From assembly GCF_009914755.1 (NCBI RefSeq), contig NC_060930.1: 64,000 bases of DNA; one strand, given 5' to 3'. Position 1 is the first letter of the stretch; every line of letters starts with the position of its first letter. The notes below the pieces were generated by a model that worked only from the letters and a program-made list of their open reading frames with translations, was not told the DNA's origin and ran no database searches. This document shows positions 1 through 15,765 of the stretch, piece by piece. Source of the stretch: the human T2T-CHM13v2.0 reference genome, Homo sapiens. Position numbers and translations under genes: made by a program.

Positions 1-189
1 CATCTTTATTTTGTATCCAGTGAATGTTCTTATTTTGGTTATTGTAATTTTTGGTCCAGAATTTGTGTTCTTTTATGGTTTCTGTTTCTTTGCTGAAATT
101 TCCTATTCATTTATTAAGAGACTATTTTACTCTTTAATCCTTGAGCATAGTTATAGTAGCTGCTTTAAAATTCTTGTCTACAAAGAAAG

Positions 190-425
190 ACTGGGGAACT
201 GTCTCAGACTGGTGGAGACTGAGAATATGTAGCAACTAAATGCAGTGTGGCATCTTGGATTGGATCCTGGGCCAGAATAAAGATATTGGTGGATTGATTG
301 GCAGAATTTACATAAGGTTTATAAATTCCTTGATAGTATTGTATCAACATTAATTTCTTGGTTTCTATAGCCATATTAGGGTTATTTAAGATACTAACAT
401 TAGAGAAAACCAAGTGAAGGTAGCT
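190..425 (+). mobile_element. Old L1 (L1MC/ME) 3' UTR fragment
   Basis: CAACTAAATGCAGTGTGGCATCTTGGATTGGATCCTGG motif; embedded among antisense L1M remnants (1-1640). Confidence 0.6.
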
Positions 426-1740
426 TAAAAAAATCCTTCTCTAATTACACATTCAGGTTATCATAGTGTTGGTCTGCATAGATCACCTTTTCTCTTTGAG
501 TATGGGTCATGTTTTCCTGTTTCTTTAAATGTCTAGTAATTTTGAAATGCATCCTAGACATTGTGGACAATTTATTATAGAAATACTGGTTTCTGTTGTA
601 TACCTCCAAATAATATTAATTTTTGTTTTAGCAGGCATTTCACTTGAATGGTCTCAAAATTGAAACCATCTTTCCCACCACCATCAGCAGCTAAATTCTT
701 TATTCAGTTTTTAGTCTTACCTGGGCTGCTGTAGTCTATCCCATGCATGTATATTTCATGGATCAGCTGGAGATTTGGGCCAAGTTTATAGGTAGATTTG
801 AACCTCTCCATTTCTGGCTTTCTCCTTTTCTTGATTTCCCCCTCCACTTTCCACCTGATAGAATCACTCTGAACTCTGTCATCTGGTTCTTCATCTCAGT
901 AAGACAGTAGTTTCTATCTGGATTCTATTACCTAACGTGGCTTACGTAGGCCTTCCCTCAGGCAAAAAGCCATTTAGAAAAACAAAAGGAAACTTTCTCA
1001 ATGCAATTCCCATTTTCCGGTGCAGACTCACAGTTTCTGCCTGGTTTTGATTGCTGTTCAGCGCCTTCAGGTAGTTACTTTTTATGTTTTGTCCAGAGTT
1101 TATGGTTTTTACGTATGGAACAGTGGGGCCAGTAGGAACATATTCAGTTCCACTTCTAGTAATCTTAGGAAGTATCTCCTGGAAGTGGAACTTGTTTTTT
1201 GTTAACCTTTTTTTGTTGAAATATATCATACACACCCGCAGTAGGGAAATAGAATATTACCAAAACCTCAGAAACCCCTTTCATTTCTCTTCATGTCCCT
1301 TCTCAGTCATTACTCCCACTTGCCTCTCCAGAGTACCACTCTCCTACTCTGGCACCATAGATTAGTTTTGCTTGTTACTGAAATTTACGTAAATGATATC
1401 ATTCATAGGTTTTGCTTTTTGTTTGGCTTTCATCTTTGTGTTTATGAGGTTATTCTATGTTGCATGTAATTTGTTCATTCTCATTGCTGGGAAGTATTTC
1501 ATTGTGTGAATTTACTGTGATTAGTTTATCCCTTCTACTGTTGATGGGCATTTGGATTACTTTCAGTCTGGAGCTATTCCACAAAGTACTGCTTAAACAT
1601 TCTTTTACGTGTCTTTTGGTATACATGTGTATGCATTTCTGCAACCTTAGTACATGCTGCCAAACAGTTGGCTAATGTGGCAGAACTTAATTGTTTCATT
1701 GCATTAACAAACATTGAGTTTTTAGCTTTTAGAAAATTGG

Positions 1741-2066
<326 letters not shown>

Positions 2067-2734
2067 TTAATGCAGACACAATTAATCATTCTTTCTGTGT
2101 GCTACCCCCTAGGGTTTGGTCAATAAATCGGTATTTTTATAATAGAAGGTAAACACAGCCCTAATTCATACATAATCACTTGTTTGCTTGCTTGCTAGAG
2201 CCTGTCGAATTTTATTGGGATCATTTATGCGGTTGTGATTCTTGGATCTATCGTTGAGAGTTGTATGAGGTATTTTATATAGTTTTATCCGTCACATAAG
2301 TTATTGCTGACAGTAGTGGACTTAACAGATTGATGGTCCAGGGATATGTAAATTGTCTGTTGACCTAATTTTTAGAAGAAAAGCAGAATAGTGAAGGTCA
2401 GCTGGAAGATGGAAAATGATAACAAATTGATCTTCTTAGGGAGCATGTACAATATAAGGTGTGATGTTTTGTAACACAGTAGTTTTTCTCAGATTGGCAC
2501 ACTTTTCTGGAAAGTGCTATATTTTAGCCTTTGTGGGCCACAAGCTCTCTGTTGCAGCTACTCACCCCTACATTGTGAACACAAAAGCAGTTTGTCATAG
2601 GTAATACATAAACGAATAAGGAATAAATGTGACTGTGTCCCAGAAAAACTTTACACTGAAATTCGAATTTCGTATAATTTTCACGTCTCAGAATAACATA
2701 TTTTTTTTAACCACTTGAAAATGTGGAAACCATT

Positions 2735-3497
2735 TGTATTCATCTGCCAGGGCTACTGTAACAAAGTGTTGCAAACTAGATGTCTTAAGCAACAGAAATT
2801 TATTGTCTCATGATTCTTTCTGAAGGCTGTAAGTCTGAAATCAAGGTTTGTTGGCAGGGTTTGTTCCTCTTCAGGCAGTGAAGGAAGGATGTTTTCCAGG
2901 ACCTTCTTCTTGGTTTGTAGATGGCCATCTTCTCCCTGTGTGTTCACATCATCTTTCCTCTGTATGTATCTGTCTCTGTGTACTAATTTCCCTTTTTGGC
3001 CGGACGTGGTGGCTCACGCCTGTAATCCCAGCACTTTGGGAGGCCAAAGCAGGCGGATCACCTGAGGTCGGGAGTTCGAGAACAGCCTGATCAACACGGA
3101 GAAACCTCGCGTCTATTAAAACTACAAAATTAGCTGGGTGTGGTGGCGCATGCCTGTAATCCCAGCTACTCAGGAGGCTGAGGCAGGAGAATCACTTGAA
3201 CCCGGGAGGTGAGGTTGCAGTGAGCCGAGATCGTGCCATTGCACTCCAGCCTGGGCAACAAGAGTGAAACTCCGTCTCAAAAAAAAAAAAAAAAAAAAAA
3301 ATTCCCTTTTTTACAAGGACACCAGTCATATTGGATTAGGGCCCACCCTAATGATCTCATTTTAACTTGATTGCCTCTGTAAGACCCCATGTCCAAATAA
3401 GGTCACATCTGAAGTATTGCAGGTTAGGTCTCCAACATATCTTGTTTTTGTTGCCAGGGGTTTAGGGTAGGGGAGGGACACAATTCAACCCATAATA
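2735..3497 (-). mobile_element. MLT1B-like MaLR solo LTR containing an Alu
   Basis: GGGCTACTGTAACAAAG...CAACAGAAATTTATTGTCTCA...CACAATTCAACCCATAATA; 5-bp TSD CCATT at 2730-2734 and 3498-3502. Confidence 0.85.
2998..3301 (+). mobile_element. AluS (Sp-like) inside MLT1B
   Basis: Full dimer with A-tail; GGTCGGGAGTTCGAG...GGAGAAACC. Confidence 0.9.
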
Positions 3498-3502
3498 CCA
3501 TT

Positions 3503-3638
3503 CTTTCTTTTTCGTTTTTGTAGAGATGAAGGTCTCGTTTTGTTGCCCAGGCTGGTCTCAAACTCTGGACTCAAGCAGTCCTCTCGCCTCAGCCTCCCAA
3601 AGTGCTGGTATTACAGGTGTGAGCTACTGTGCCTGGCT
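3503..3638 (-). mobile_element. FLAM/AluJ left monomer
   Basis: Single arm; flanking repeat ATAATACCATTCTT / GTAACACCATTCTT. Confidence 0.85.
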
Positions 3639-4390
3639 CTGTAACACCATTCTTAGCTGTGGGGCTGAAAAATATGGCTAAAGGGCTAGACTTTATCAGC
3701 TGGCTGCACTTTGTCAGCCCTTGGCTTATCTGATTGTAGGAGAGATGATACCTGTAAATCTTACAAAGGCCTGTGTAGATGTATCTTTGAATGAGATGGC
3801 TAATCTTGTGTACCTTTCAAATACACCAGAAGAACAATAATCATTTTCATTTTTGAATGTGAAGGACAGCAGTTTATACTGATGTACCTGAGTATAGGAT
3901 TATGTCTTCTCAGACATTTAGAATTCAGGTTCAAATACCATTTTTGTGTTATTTTTAATTTTAAAAATAATAGACTCACCCTGGCCCCCCAATTGGAGAT
4001 ATTTTTGGGAGTGGATTGGAGTTGCAATGTAATAAAAGAAGGCTTGGAAAGTGATTTGAAATAGTTGTCCAGCATTTTGTAGAGATGCTTTTAAGGATTT
4101 TATAAACATTTGATGAAAGTGTTATTTTAGATGTTATTCAAAAAATAAACTTAATTTTAGTACATGATTACCAATAATGCATTAGTTGTTGCTGTTCTGT
4201 TAATTCATTTTTGTGAAGATCTTAAAAGTAAATGATTTTTTTTTTTGGCCTGCTCTACTTAAAGAGCATCCCAGAACTCTGAGGTGAACTGTTTAAAATA
4301 AAGATAAATCTGTTATCAGCAACTTATGTTCATGAACAAGATTTTCTTCGTTGTCATCTATATATTAGTTCTTGTTTATGTAATAGTTAA

Positions 4391-4831
<441 letters not shown>

Positions 4832-6164
4832 TGAAAGAAAGTTTTACTGTTTGAAAATTTGGAAAATTGCTGATTCAGTATATGTAACAAATTGGAAAAG
4901 GTGAAGCAGGAAATAAAGGAAATTGGTTATTTTAAATTGAGTTAATATTCTGATGGGGAGGGCACAGCAGAAATGAAATCAGTTCAAATTTCTGTTCCAA
5001 GTTTTGTTTTCATTTCTTTGACAACTTTTAGAATCCCGTAGGCATTGATTTGTTTCTGCCTTCAACTTCAGTAGATACAACTTAATTATTTCCTGTTAAG
5101 TAGAGTTACTGGTAGCTCCTGAAAAGGTGAGAGAACTTCTTACCTACGTGTTAGTGGTAAGTGAAGTCATCTCAGTCAGCATTACGGCAAAGCAGGTAAG
5201 TCTAAAAAGGCTTTAAAGTAAAGGTACTGCTTGACTGCCAATAAAATATAGAAGAAAATAGAGAAAAGAAAGAGCCCCTACTGTTGTAAAGGCTGTATAT
5301 TTGGAATATGTTCTCATTGTAGGAGTTCTTGTATATATTCATGTAGTTGAAATGATCAGAGGTAATGAGATAGTTAATTTTATCTCTGGTCAGTCTTTCA
5401 TATCAATTCGTACTCTAAGAATTTGTAAAGAATGGCTGACATGGTGTGTGTCTTAGTCTGTTTGAAAGGCAGGGGACATTTTGGAGTGTGGTTGAAAGAG
5501 CAGTAAGCCTCTTTTGCATATATTGATAGGAAAATAATGTTTATAACCATGACCCTTTTGGCTTGGGACACTCATCTCATGATCTTTTTGCCTGTGAGAT
5601 TAAAATACACGTACATATACCTTGGCTAATTGAGGTTATTTTCGATGTTTAGTTGTTTTTATGCTATTAAATTCCTTTGCTTTGAAGATATTCTTTGTCC
5701 ACTGTGGAGACTCTGGAAATGCATCAATTAGTTCTATGCCTGCAACAATCATTTCCTTGAGTGACACACAGATCCTAGGTTTTAATCTTTGTGTATTTAT
5801 GCAAGTACTTTATGTATATGAAAGGAGGGCTGGAGGGTTTTGTATAGGTCTTTAATTACACACACGTGCATGCGACATTTTTAAAATTTATTTCACCAGT
5901 GGGAATCAATAAAGTGGGTGATTTATTGTTTATCCTGATTATGGACAAATCATACCACTTCTTTCTTGGGAGCATTGTTTTGTTGGTATTTCTTCCACAC
6001 TTGTGAGGGAAAAAAAGTCCTTAGTGCAGCATTGTCATTTCTTATCCTGTACATATTTAATATGAACCTCAGATTATCATGGAAATTGATTGTTTCCTTG
6101 GTAGCTGGTTGTGGAGTGTTTTTGTTTTTGTTTTTGTTTTTTAATTTTTCCCTGTAAAGAATTG

Positions 6165-6905
6165 AAGGGTATCAGAGAAAAAAGCAGGAGTCCAGACGAG
6201 ATAATGGTGGCTTGGATTACAGTAGTAATAGAGGAGATGGTGAGAAGTAGTCAGTTTGGGGCTATGTTTTTGCAAGCCTTGTGATAGACTGGATGTGAGG
6301 TGAAAGAAGAGGAGTCAGAGATAATGCTTAGGTTTCTAGTTTAGCACTGAGCAATCCAGTGGATGATGGTTTCACTTACTGAGGTGGGAGGATCTACTGT
6401 GTAAACATAATTTGTTAAGAACTTTACATGCTTGATATTGCTTACTTGTGGCAGGGCTGGGATTCAAACCCAGGGAGGCTCACAACAAAGCTAGTGTTCC
6501 AAACACTACAAAGTACTATGTATTAATAGCTTCTTCTGGGAACTACTGATATTGAGAGGAGATGCGGAGAGAGAATGAAGCAAGAGCCAAACCAGACAAA
6601 GTCTTGGTCAAGCTAAGAAGTCCGAGTTTTATTTTAAGTGAAGCAGACGCTGGAAGGTTTTAAGCAGGGAATGACTTAATCAGACTTACACAATGCAAAA
6701 AGATCAATCTGGCTGCTTTCGTGGAGAACAGATTTTAGAAATGAGGTAGGAACAACAGCTGTATCAGTCCAGGCAGGAGATGATGGTGGCTAGATGGTTG
6801 GTGACAGCAGTAGTTGGAGAGAAGTAGGCAGATTGGAAACAAATTTGCAATACAGTGAGAGTTGTGTGGGAACTCGTACAAATGTGGACAGCCTGTGACA
6901 CTGGA
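6165..6905. mobile_element. L2 fragments with an intervening MIR
   Basis: AGTCCAGACGAGATAATGGTGGCTTGG and CAGTCCAGGCAGGAGATGATGGTGGCTAG are typical L2 3'-region motifs. Confidence 0.65.
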
Positions 6906-7185
6906 GGGAAAGTATGATCCGATCCAATCCAATCCCTATTTGATTTATGGAGGTTCTCCACACAGTCATTAGCTCAGCTTGAGTCACTCCAGGAGCTCAC
7001 TGCCATTACTATCCGTGGGACAGTGGGAGAGACAGATTGAGGGCAGATCACTGGAGTGATGAAGGGGGCTTGATGCAGCACTATGTGTGAGCCCTATCCT
7101 GAATGAGTTTGGACAGACAGAGGCAAGCCGAGGTCAGGCCTTGAACGCCCTGCTGAGTAGAGGGTTGTGTTGTAGGCTCCCCAGC

Positions 7186-7277
7186 GCTTGATGTAGCTCT
7201 GAGAGGTGAGGCAGGGCTTGATGTAGCTCTGAGAGGTGAGGCAGGGCTTGATGTAGCTCTGAGAGGTGAGGCAGGGC
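7186..7277 (+). repeat. 30-bp tandem repeat, 3 perfect copies
   Basis: GCTTGATGTAGCTCTGAGAGGTGAGGCAGG at 7186-7215, 7216-7245 and 7246-7275. Confidence 0.95.
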
Positions 7278-9571
7278 CTAGATCCCTCCCGCTTGGCATA
7301 GCCCTGCCCCTGTGACCTGAACACCCCACAGCAGCACCCTGGGGCTGAGCAGCTGGGGAGTCCCACCACTGGCAGCTACAGCCTCCTCCTCTGCTGGCCG
7401 AGGCAGTTTGTCCTGCTGGTTGTGTAGTTTCTTGAAACTAGGAGAAGTGAAACAACTTCAAGCTGTTAGATTTGGGAATTAGTTTAGTTTCTGGAAAGGA
7501 TTTGTCCTAGCCTAGTCTGGTTGATCAGATTTTTTAGTGGCAAGGAAGAGACACTTAGTAATCACAGGGATGGAATGAGAGGTAAACATTTTGTGTCATT
7601 TATTATATAGGCACCCAATCTCCGTGTTCCTGGTGAAGTTCTTAAGAAGCTAGGAAAGTGTCTGTTTCTCCAGGACAGGTCAGCTGCTCCAGGTAACCTT
7701 TCCCAGCCCTGTGAGTTAATTCTAGAGCTGGATTGGATTGATTTTAGCATTCTTGTGCCAGGGTCAAATATCCTTCTTGGTCACAACTGGAGTCAGGAAT
7801 CTCAGAGGAAGAGCCCCTTATCCCCAACCCGTATGTAGTTGAGTATTAGCCAAAGTAAATTGATTTTTCTTCATCCAAACCCCTGTGACATGTGTAACTG
7901 TTGGTTTTATGTTCCTTACAAAGTATACCTTGGAGAAATCACTGAAGAGTGGGATAGGGTGAGAGAATAGGTTGGGACCACCATGCTCAGAACTATCTTT
8001 GTATGTGATGGGATGCTTAATATCACTTCTTTGGTCCAGCAAGAACAGGTTTCTGCTTTACCTCTAATTCCAAATGCAGAAGTTTTTTTTGTTTTTTGTT
8101 TTGTTTTTTTTTTGTGGGGGAGCGGGTGGTGGTGGTGCAGGGAGTAGGTAGGGGAAGATTGGTGTTAGAAATGGGGGGAATTGCATGGAACCATCTTTAT
8201 TATTCTTGATACCCACATGGACTTGCATACTTGGGTTAGTTATTTCTTGTGGCTGTGAAATGGAGTTTTCTCTCTGTGTAACTGACAAATATATAGGTAT
8301 ATCTGTGTACTAGAACCCAATTAAATGAGTTAACTGTAATTAAAGGTACTTAAAAATGTGTGTTTCTTAAACTTTATTTTGCCTGTATTTGGTGAATATT
8401 TTAAAAGAGTATTCAAGTAACTGGGATGAATGAGCATGCTTTTTCTCAATCTGGATGATAGTAAATTCATTATTGGTAGAAGATATTATCCTGCCTGTTA
8501 TAGAACTTTCAGAATGTGAGTTAGGGTATGAAATACTGAATAACACTTGAAACCAGATATATCTGGTACTTAATTCTTTTGAACTGAATACTGCATTATT
8601 TTCAGGATAGCATGAAGATGTTGGCTTGGAACTTTTGAAGGGGCTGCGTTATAGACTCTGCATGGAGACAAACCATTAGTACTAACCACCTGGCTGTATT
8701 CTAAGGCTTAAAAGCAAAATCTTTATGTGTGATGTTTTGTATATTTGGCTTAAAAAATTCACCAGCTTTTAGAGGTTGTGAGATATGGGTCATTTTTGTT
8801 CAGATAAGAGAGGTCAATAAAGCATTTACTAACATGAAATGTTTTTCTTTTCTCCTTTCTCAGTATTAAAAGAAAGGTGAATGGACAAAAAGCCAATAAA
8901 GGGCTTAATTTTAAAAATGTAGCAACAAAAACTCACACTCTGGCTGTCATGGTACTTGAAGCTTCATATTTCAAAACTGTATTAACAGCTTTAGAAATAA
9001 ACTTTACAGTAGCTGCATGGTGTCAACCAGTGCTTTTCTCCTTTGCTTTATCCTATTGTGTCAGCAGGGATGTTGCAGCAATTCTTTTTGATCTAAAAAT
9101 TACTTTGTTCTGGAGCTGAAAAAGAAAAATGTTCTAATCTCCCACTAAAATTTTACCTGACAGTGAGGTCAGTCAAACAATGGAATAACTTGCTAAGGGA
9201 GTTCAGTGAGAATCTTTCACCAGAGATGTCCTGAAGTTGACTAGAATGAGCCAGTTGGAATCTGAAGATCAAGTTGGAAAAGTCCTCCAGGATGAGATAC
9301 CCCCTCTGAACCAAATTTTTAAAAAGGAGTTAAAAAGTGTGTATTACAAGGTTTGAGAAAACAGTGCCTATTTATTCAGAACTTAGTTTCAGGTCTGTTT
9401 TGTACTTTACAAAACATCTTTCATGAAGGATATATTTGATAATGGAAAGTATTTTTTTTTTAAAGCTGTATAGTTCTGAATCACAAATGATTGTGCTATC
9501 GTGTATATTCTGAAAAGTTCGTGATTAAATCACCTACTGTTGTGTGCTAGCACCTCATAAAAAATACTCTT

Positions 9572-10174
<603 letters not shown>

Positions 10175-11700
10175 TAGTTGGGTGGCTGGCAAGACTGTCA
10201 GTCATTATTAATGCCAGAGATCTGGATTTGATGGTCTGTTCTGTCTTTCTGCTTAGGCCAGCAGGAGGTAGGATTGCTGCTGGAGGGGAAGCTGTTAGCT
10301 CTGGGGCAGGCTAAATCTTTAATCTCTCCACAGGTTCCTCTTTCACTAATTAGAAAAGAAAACAGCTGGGCTGCAGGAGCTTTGCTGTTTTCAGATCTCC
10401 TTAGCCAAAAAGTACGAGCTATATAGGGTTTTGAACATAACAATAGAGCACTAAAAATACGAATTTTTAGTCTTTGGGACCTTCATAGAGATTTTTGTTC
10501 CTTGCTCCTTAGGGTTTGAAAGAAAAGTTCAGTGTTGAGAGCTGGACTTCAGGGATAGGGGTAGGCAAGAGTAGAGTTGAATGCTGTTTGTATTTAGAAT
10601 TTCAACAATTTTAGTTAAAAAAAAAAACATTCCTTTGGATGCTAGTATATGGTAAGAAGTACAACGAATTCAAAAACATTCCTGTATAATCACATGAAGA
10701 CTATAGGTCAGTGGTGCAGAGCTCAGCATGTCGTCTGTGTCATGACAATTTTGTTCTTTTCACTTCTTAATAGCCAATTTAATTTTGCAGCAAAATGTGT
10801 CCAATGTTGAATTTTCCAGGTTCTCTAAAGTATGTCTCGTGCAAAGATAGCTCTGACATTAGGGTCCTTTTCAGTGGTCCAGTTGGGTGGCCATGTTGCT
10901 GGAGTGGGAGGGGAGTGGGATTTAACTTTAGGCCTTGTGTTAGCAAAAGTATTACTCTTTGTTTGTTTGCCATGTAGGCAGTCCAACCTCCCCTGAAATA
11001 GAAATGACTAGTAATGATTTGTTTCTTGTCAGTATGAGGTAGACCACACGAAGCCCCTCCCCGTAGGCTCTTCAGATTCTGTTTATTTTGGGGGCAGTAG
11101 TCAAATCAGAAGCATGATATAGCCGCCCCCCCAATTCTCTTCCTCCTTCCCTTTGCCCAAGGATAGGATACTTGTTAAGGTTAGGGCTCCCAGGCCTAGG
11201 GTCCCTTTGATGCTTGAAAGGATTGCATGGCAAGCTATGTTTTTCTGGATTAGTCCTAGGGTTTAGTCCCTGCTACACACACTGCTGCTATACTTCCCCC
11301 TTGGAGAAGGAAATGAATGTAATTCCCATATAATTGGGAAATGCCAACCTCACTGGTCTGTGCCCCTCCCAATCCCCACCACCCCCATTTGTTTGGTTTG
11401 GAGTGTTTGTGCCCCCCACCCTTCCACCCTTTTGGATATTAGAGATGTGGGCCATGGCCAGACTAGGTTAGCCCACTACCTGGTCTGGGCTGCATACAAA
11501 GATAATGAACAGGGAGTAGCTGGCCACTTCTTTTGGCATTTCTTTACAGAAATCCTCTTTGTTTCTATGTCTGTTCACTGTGGGACTTTGGAATTTCTTT
11601 GTGTTTATCCCATAAACATTTTCTCTTGCTCAGGACATTCCAGTGGTTGCTTAATGTTTCTCTAGTACCATCCAGTGTATGGCTATATTTAAAACATGTA

Positions 11701-12006
11701 GCCTGGGTGCATTGTCTCATGCCTATAATCCTAGCACTTTGAGAGGCCAAGGCAGAAGAATCATTTGAGGCCAGGAGTTCAAGACCAGCCTGGGCAACAT
11801 AGTGAGACCCCTTCTCTACAAAAAAATTTAAAAACAATTAGCTCGGTATAGAGTTGTGCACCTGTAGTCCTAGCCACTTGGGAGGCTACATTGGGAAGAT
11901 CCCTTGAGCCCAGGAGTTTGAGGTTGCAGTGAACTATGATCACGCCACTGCTCTACAGCCTGGGTGACAGAATGAGACTCTTTTTGTACAAAAACACAAA
12001 CAAAAC
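11701..12006 (+). mobile_element. AluJ
   Basis: Diverged dimer with TTGAGCCCAGGAGTTTGAGG right arm. Confidence 0.85.
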
Positions 12007-12294
12007 TAAAGCATCTTACAGTCCTAGTTAATAAAGTCAATAAAGTGAGTCACACATAGTACAAGCAGTGTACAAAGCACATCCAGAGAGTAAGTTTAGC
12101 ATCCTAAGATAGTTTTATCTTACTGTACCAGCAATATTGTCACAGTAAAGAGAATTAACATTGGATGGCCCCCACCCCCTACCCTTCGCTGTTGAACGTA
12201 TAGAAAGTACCCAGACTACAAATGAGTTTTGTTTGCAGATATTTTAAATAATGAAGACTGTAGAAATCTACCCCATATTTAAATGATGTATACC

Positions 12295-12604
12295 TTTTCT
12301 TTTCTTTCTTTCTTTTTTTTTTTTGAGACGGAGTCTCGCTCTGTTGCCCAGGCTGGAGTGCAGCGGCACAATCTTGGCTCACTGCAACCTCTGCCTCCTG
12401 GGTTCAAGCAATTCTCTGCCTCAGCCTCCTGAGTAGCTGGGATTACAGGTGCCCGCCACCATGCCTGGCTAATTTTTGTATTTTTAGTAGAGACAAGGTT
12501 TCACCATCTTGGTCAGGCTGGTCTTGAACTCCTGACCTCATGATCCACCTGTCTCGGCCTCCCAAAGTGCTGGGATTACAGGCGTGAGCCGCCGCGCCCG
12601 GCTT
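12295..12604 (-). mobile_element. AluS
   Basis: Antisense dimer; TSD TGATG(T/G)ATACCTTTT. Confidence 0.9.
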
Positions 12605-12827
12605 GATGGATACCTTTTCATTATCTATTTCCCTTTCTCCCGTCCACCTAACTAGTTCATAATGTATGTTCAGGAGATTCGCCAGGCCTGGGAACCTTTA
12701 GCCAGAGTTTCTGAAGGTTATAGTCATCCTTGGTGGAGAAAACTTGGATGACCAAGAGCTTTACAAGGGCCCTAGAGCTCCTGGGTAGGGAAAGATGTCT
12801 AGAGTTCTGATGTATGTGTAGCTCTTA

Positions 12828-13324
<497 letters not shown>

Positions 13325-14126
13325 TTAGGCTGTAATTCCAGTGTGGCTTCAAGCTCCAGACCAAAATACCAATGAAATACTCTAGACCAAAAGGCCAAAT
13401 GAAAATCATTTGTCATTTATCTGCTACTCTAAATATCAAGTGGCAGGGCAAGATTACCAACAAGTACATTAGATTGTAGGGTCATTCCAGGTATGCAGTG
13501 ATGTCACTCAGAACGCTTTTCTGAGAGATGTGAATGAAGAAGAAAAATTATCAGTGGATTCCTCAAGTTGCTGTTGCATAGAGAACATTTATCATACTTC
13601 AGTCACTCTAGCCCTTGCCAGATAGGACTAGTTTCCAAATCCACATGTGAATTTTGGGTTGGAATTTTGAATTCATCTATATTTTCCCTCCACCTTCAAA
13701 TTCCATTTCTGATGGAAATGAGATGAGTAAATCTAACAAGGCTCTTGTAACAGACATCCACATGATTGTTTTCAGAAATCTAGTTTTCGAGCCTCTTTCT
13801 TCCAACAGTACCATCATTGCTCAGAATGTCTTGGGGGCCTCTTGAATCTGTACTCAGGTACTGAAGAGCATCTCTGGTGGCCAATCATCTTTTGGAGCTT
13901 GTATTTGTCTTTGGGTGGGAGAAATGATTAACATGTTTTTTAGAGACAAGATTGGGAAAAAAGGGGTGGGTAATTGTCAAGTTGAAGGATACTAAAGGTC
14001 TCTATTGAGGTGACTATAAAGAGCAATGAAAAGAATATTTCCAGAGATTTGGAGTCACAAGACTTGTGTGACCTTGGTTTCCTCATCCCTAGGAATACAT
14101 TTATATGGTTTATAAATGAAGATCTG

Positions 14127-14509
<383 letters not shown>

Positions 14510-14591
14510 TTACTCCTTTAAAAGACAGCACTTAATTGGGCATAGAATTTGTTTGCTTGGGGAGAGGGGCAGAAAAAGTCAGTATACTTTG

Positions 14592-14664
14592 CCAACTCCT
14601 AGGCTCAAGTGATCCTCCTGCCTCAGCCTCCCAAAGTGCTGGGATTACACGTGTGAGCCCAGCC
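14592..14664 (-). mobile_element. Alu/FLAM 5' fragment without tail
   Basis: CTCCTAGGCTCAAGTGATCCTCC...GTGAGCCCAGCC between AAGTCAGTATACTT repeats. Confidence 0.8.
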
Positions 14665-14720
14665 AGAAGTCAGTATACTTCTGAGCGGAAGCAACTGAAC
14701 AACTATTTTAAGTTCGAACA

Positions 14721-15025
<305 letters not shown>

Positions 15026-15456
15026 GTTCAAAGAATATGCTGTTACTCAACCTTGATTACTACAACCAACCTTAATGACAAAGAAACCAATGGTAGGTTT
15101 AAATTCAGTAATGTGATCTTAGGTAAATCACTTGTGCATCTCTGGGCCTCAGTTTTCTGTCTGTACAATTAGGAATTTAGATTTGATTTGTTAGAACACA
15201 AGCCTTGTTGGTTTGAAAGGCTGAATCCTAAAATAGTACAAGTTGTTTGGGTCAGAAGTAGTGGTTTCTAATCACAGGAGATTTTCTGCAGTCATATCAT
15301 GGAAAGGACCCTTGATTCCACATTGGTCTCTTCAGCACTGTTGCTCAGTAAAGCTATTAAGAAGGTGGTACTGAGGTACATGTGCATGAGTATCCATGCA
15401 TATGCTACAAGTGAGAATTCCATGTTTTGGATTTTATAATTAAGAAGCTATTAGTT

Positions 15457-15765
15457 GTCTGGACGTGGTGGTTCACGCCTGTAATCCTGATACTTTGGGA
15501 GGCCAAGGTGGGCGCATCACTTGAGGCCAGGGGTTCAAGACCAGGTTGGCCAACATGGCAAAACCCAGTCTCTACTAAAAAAACAAAAAACCCCAAAATT
15601 AGCCAGGTGTGGTGGCACATGCCTGTAATTCCAGCTACTCAGGAGGCTTAGGCACATGAATTGCTTGACCTTGGGAGGCAGAGGCTGCAGTGAGCTGACA
15701 TCACATACACTTCACCCCAGCCTGGGTGACAGAGTGAGACCCTGTCTCAAAAAAAGAACCAAAAA
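15457..15765 (+). mobile_element. AluJb/Sz-like
   Basis: Diverged dimer. Confidence 0.85.

Larger units (their letters stand above)
2480..3722. mobile_element. MER58B-like hAT-Charlie element split by MLT1B and an Alu monomer
   Basis: ATTTTAGCCTTTGTGGGCCA...TCTCTGTTGCAGCTACTCA...ACACTGAAATTCGAATTTC up to ~2734, resuming at ~3647-3722. Confidence 0.7.

Noticed and set aside
7186-7277. CRISPR-like array of 30-bp repeats
   Set aside because: Units are head to tail with no spacers, and the DNA is human.
7081-7369. ORFs with a repeated peptide (ASPLRATSSP)
   Set aside because: A by-product of the 30-bp tandem repeat; no other coding evidence.
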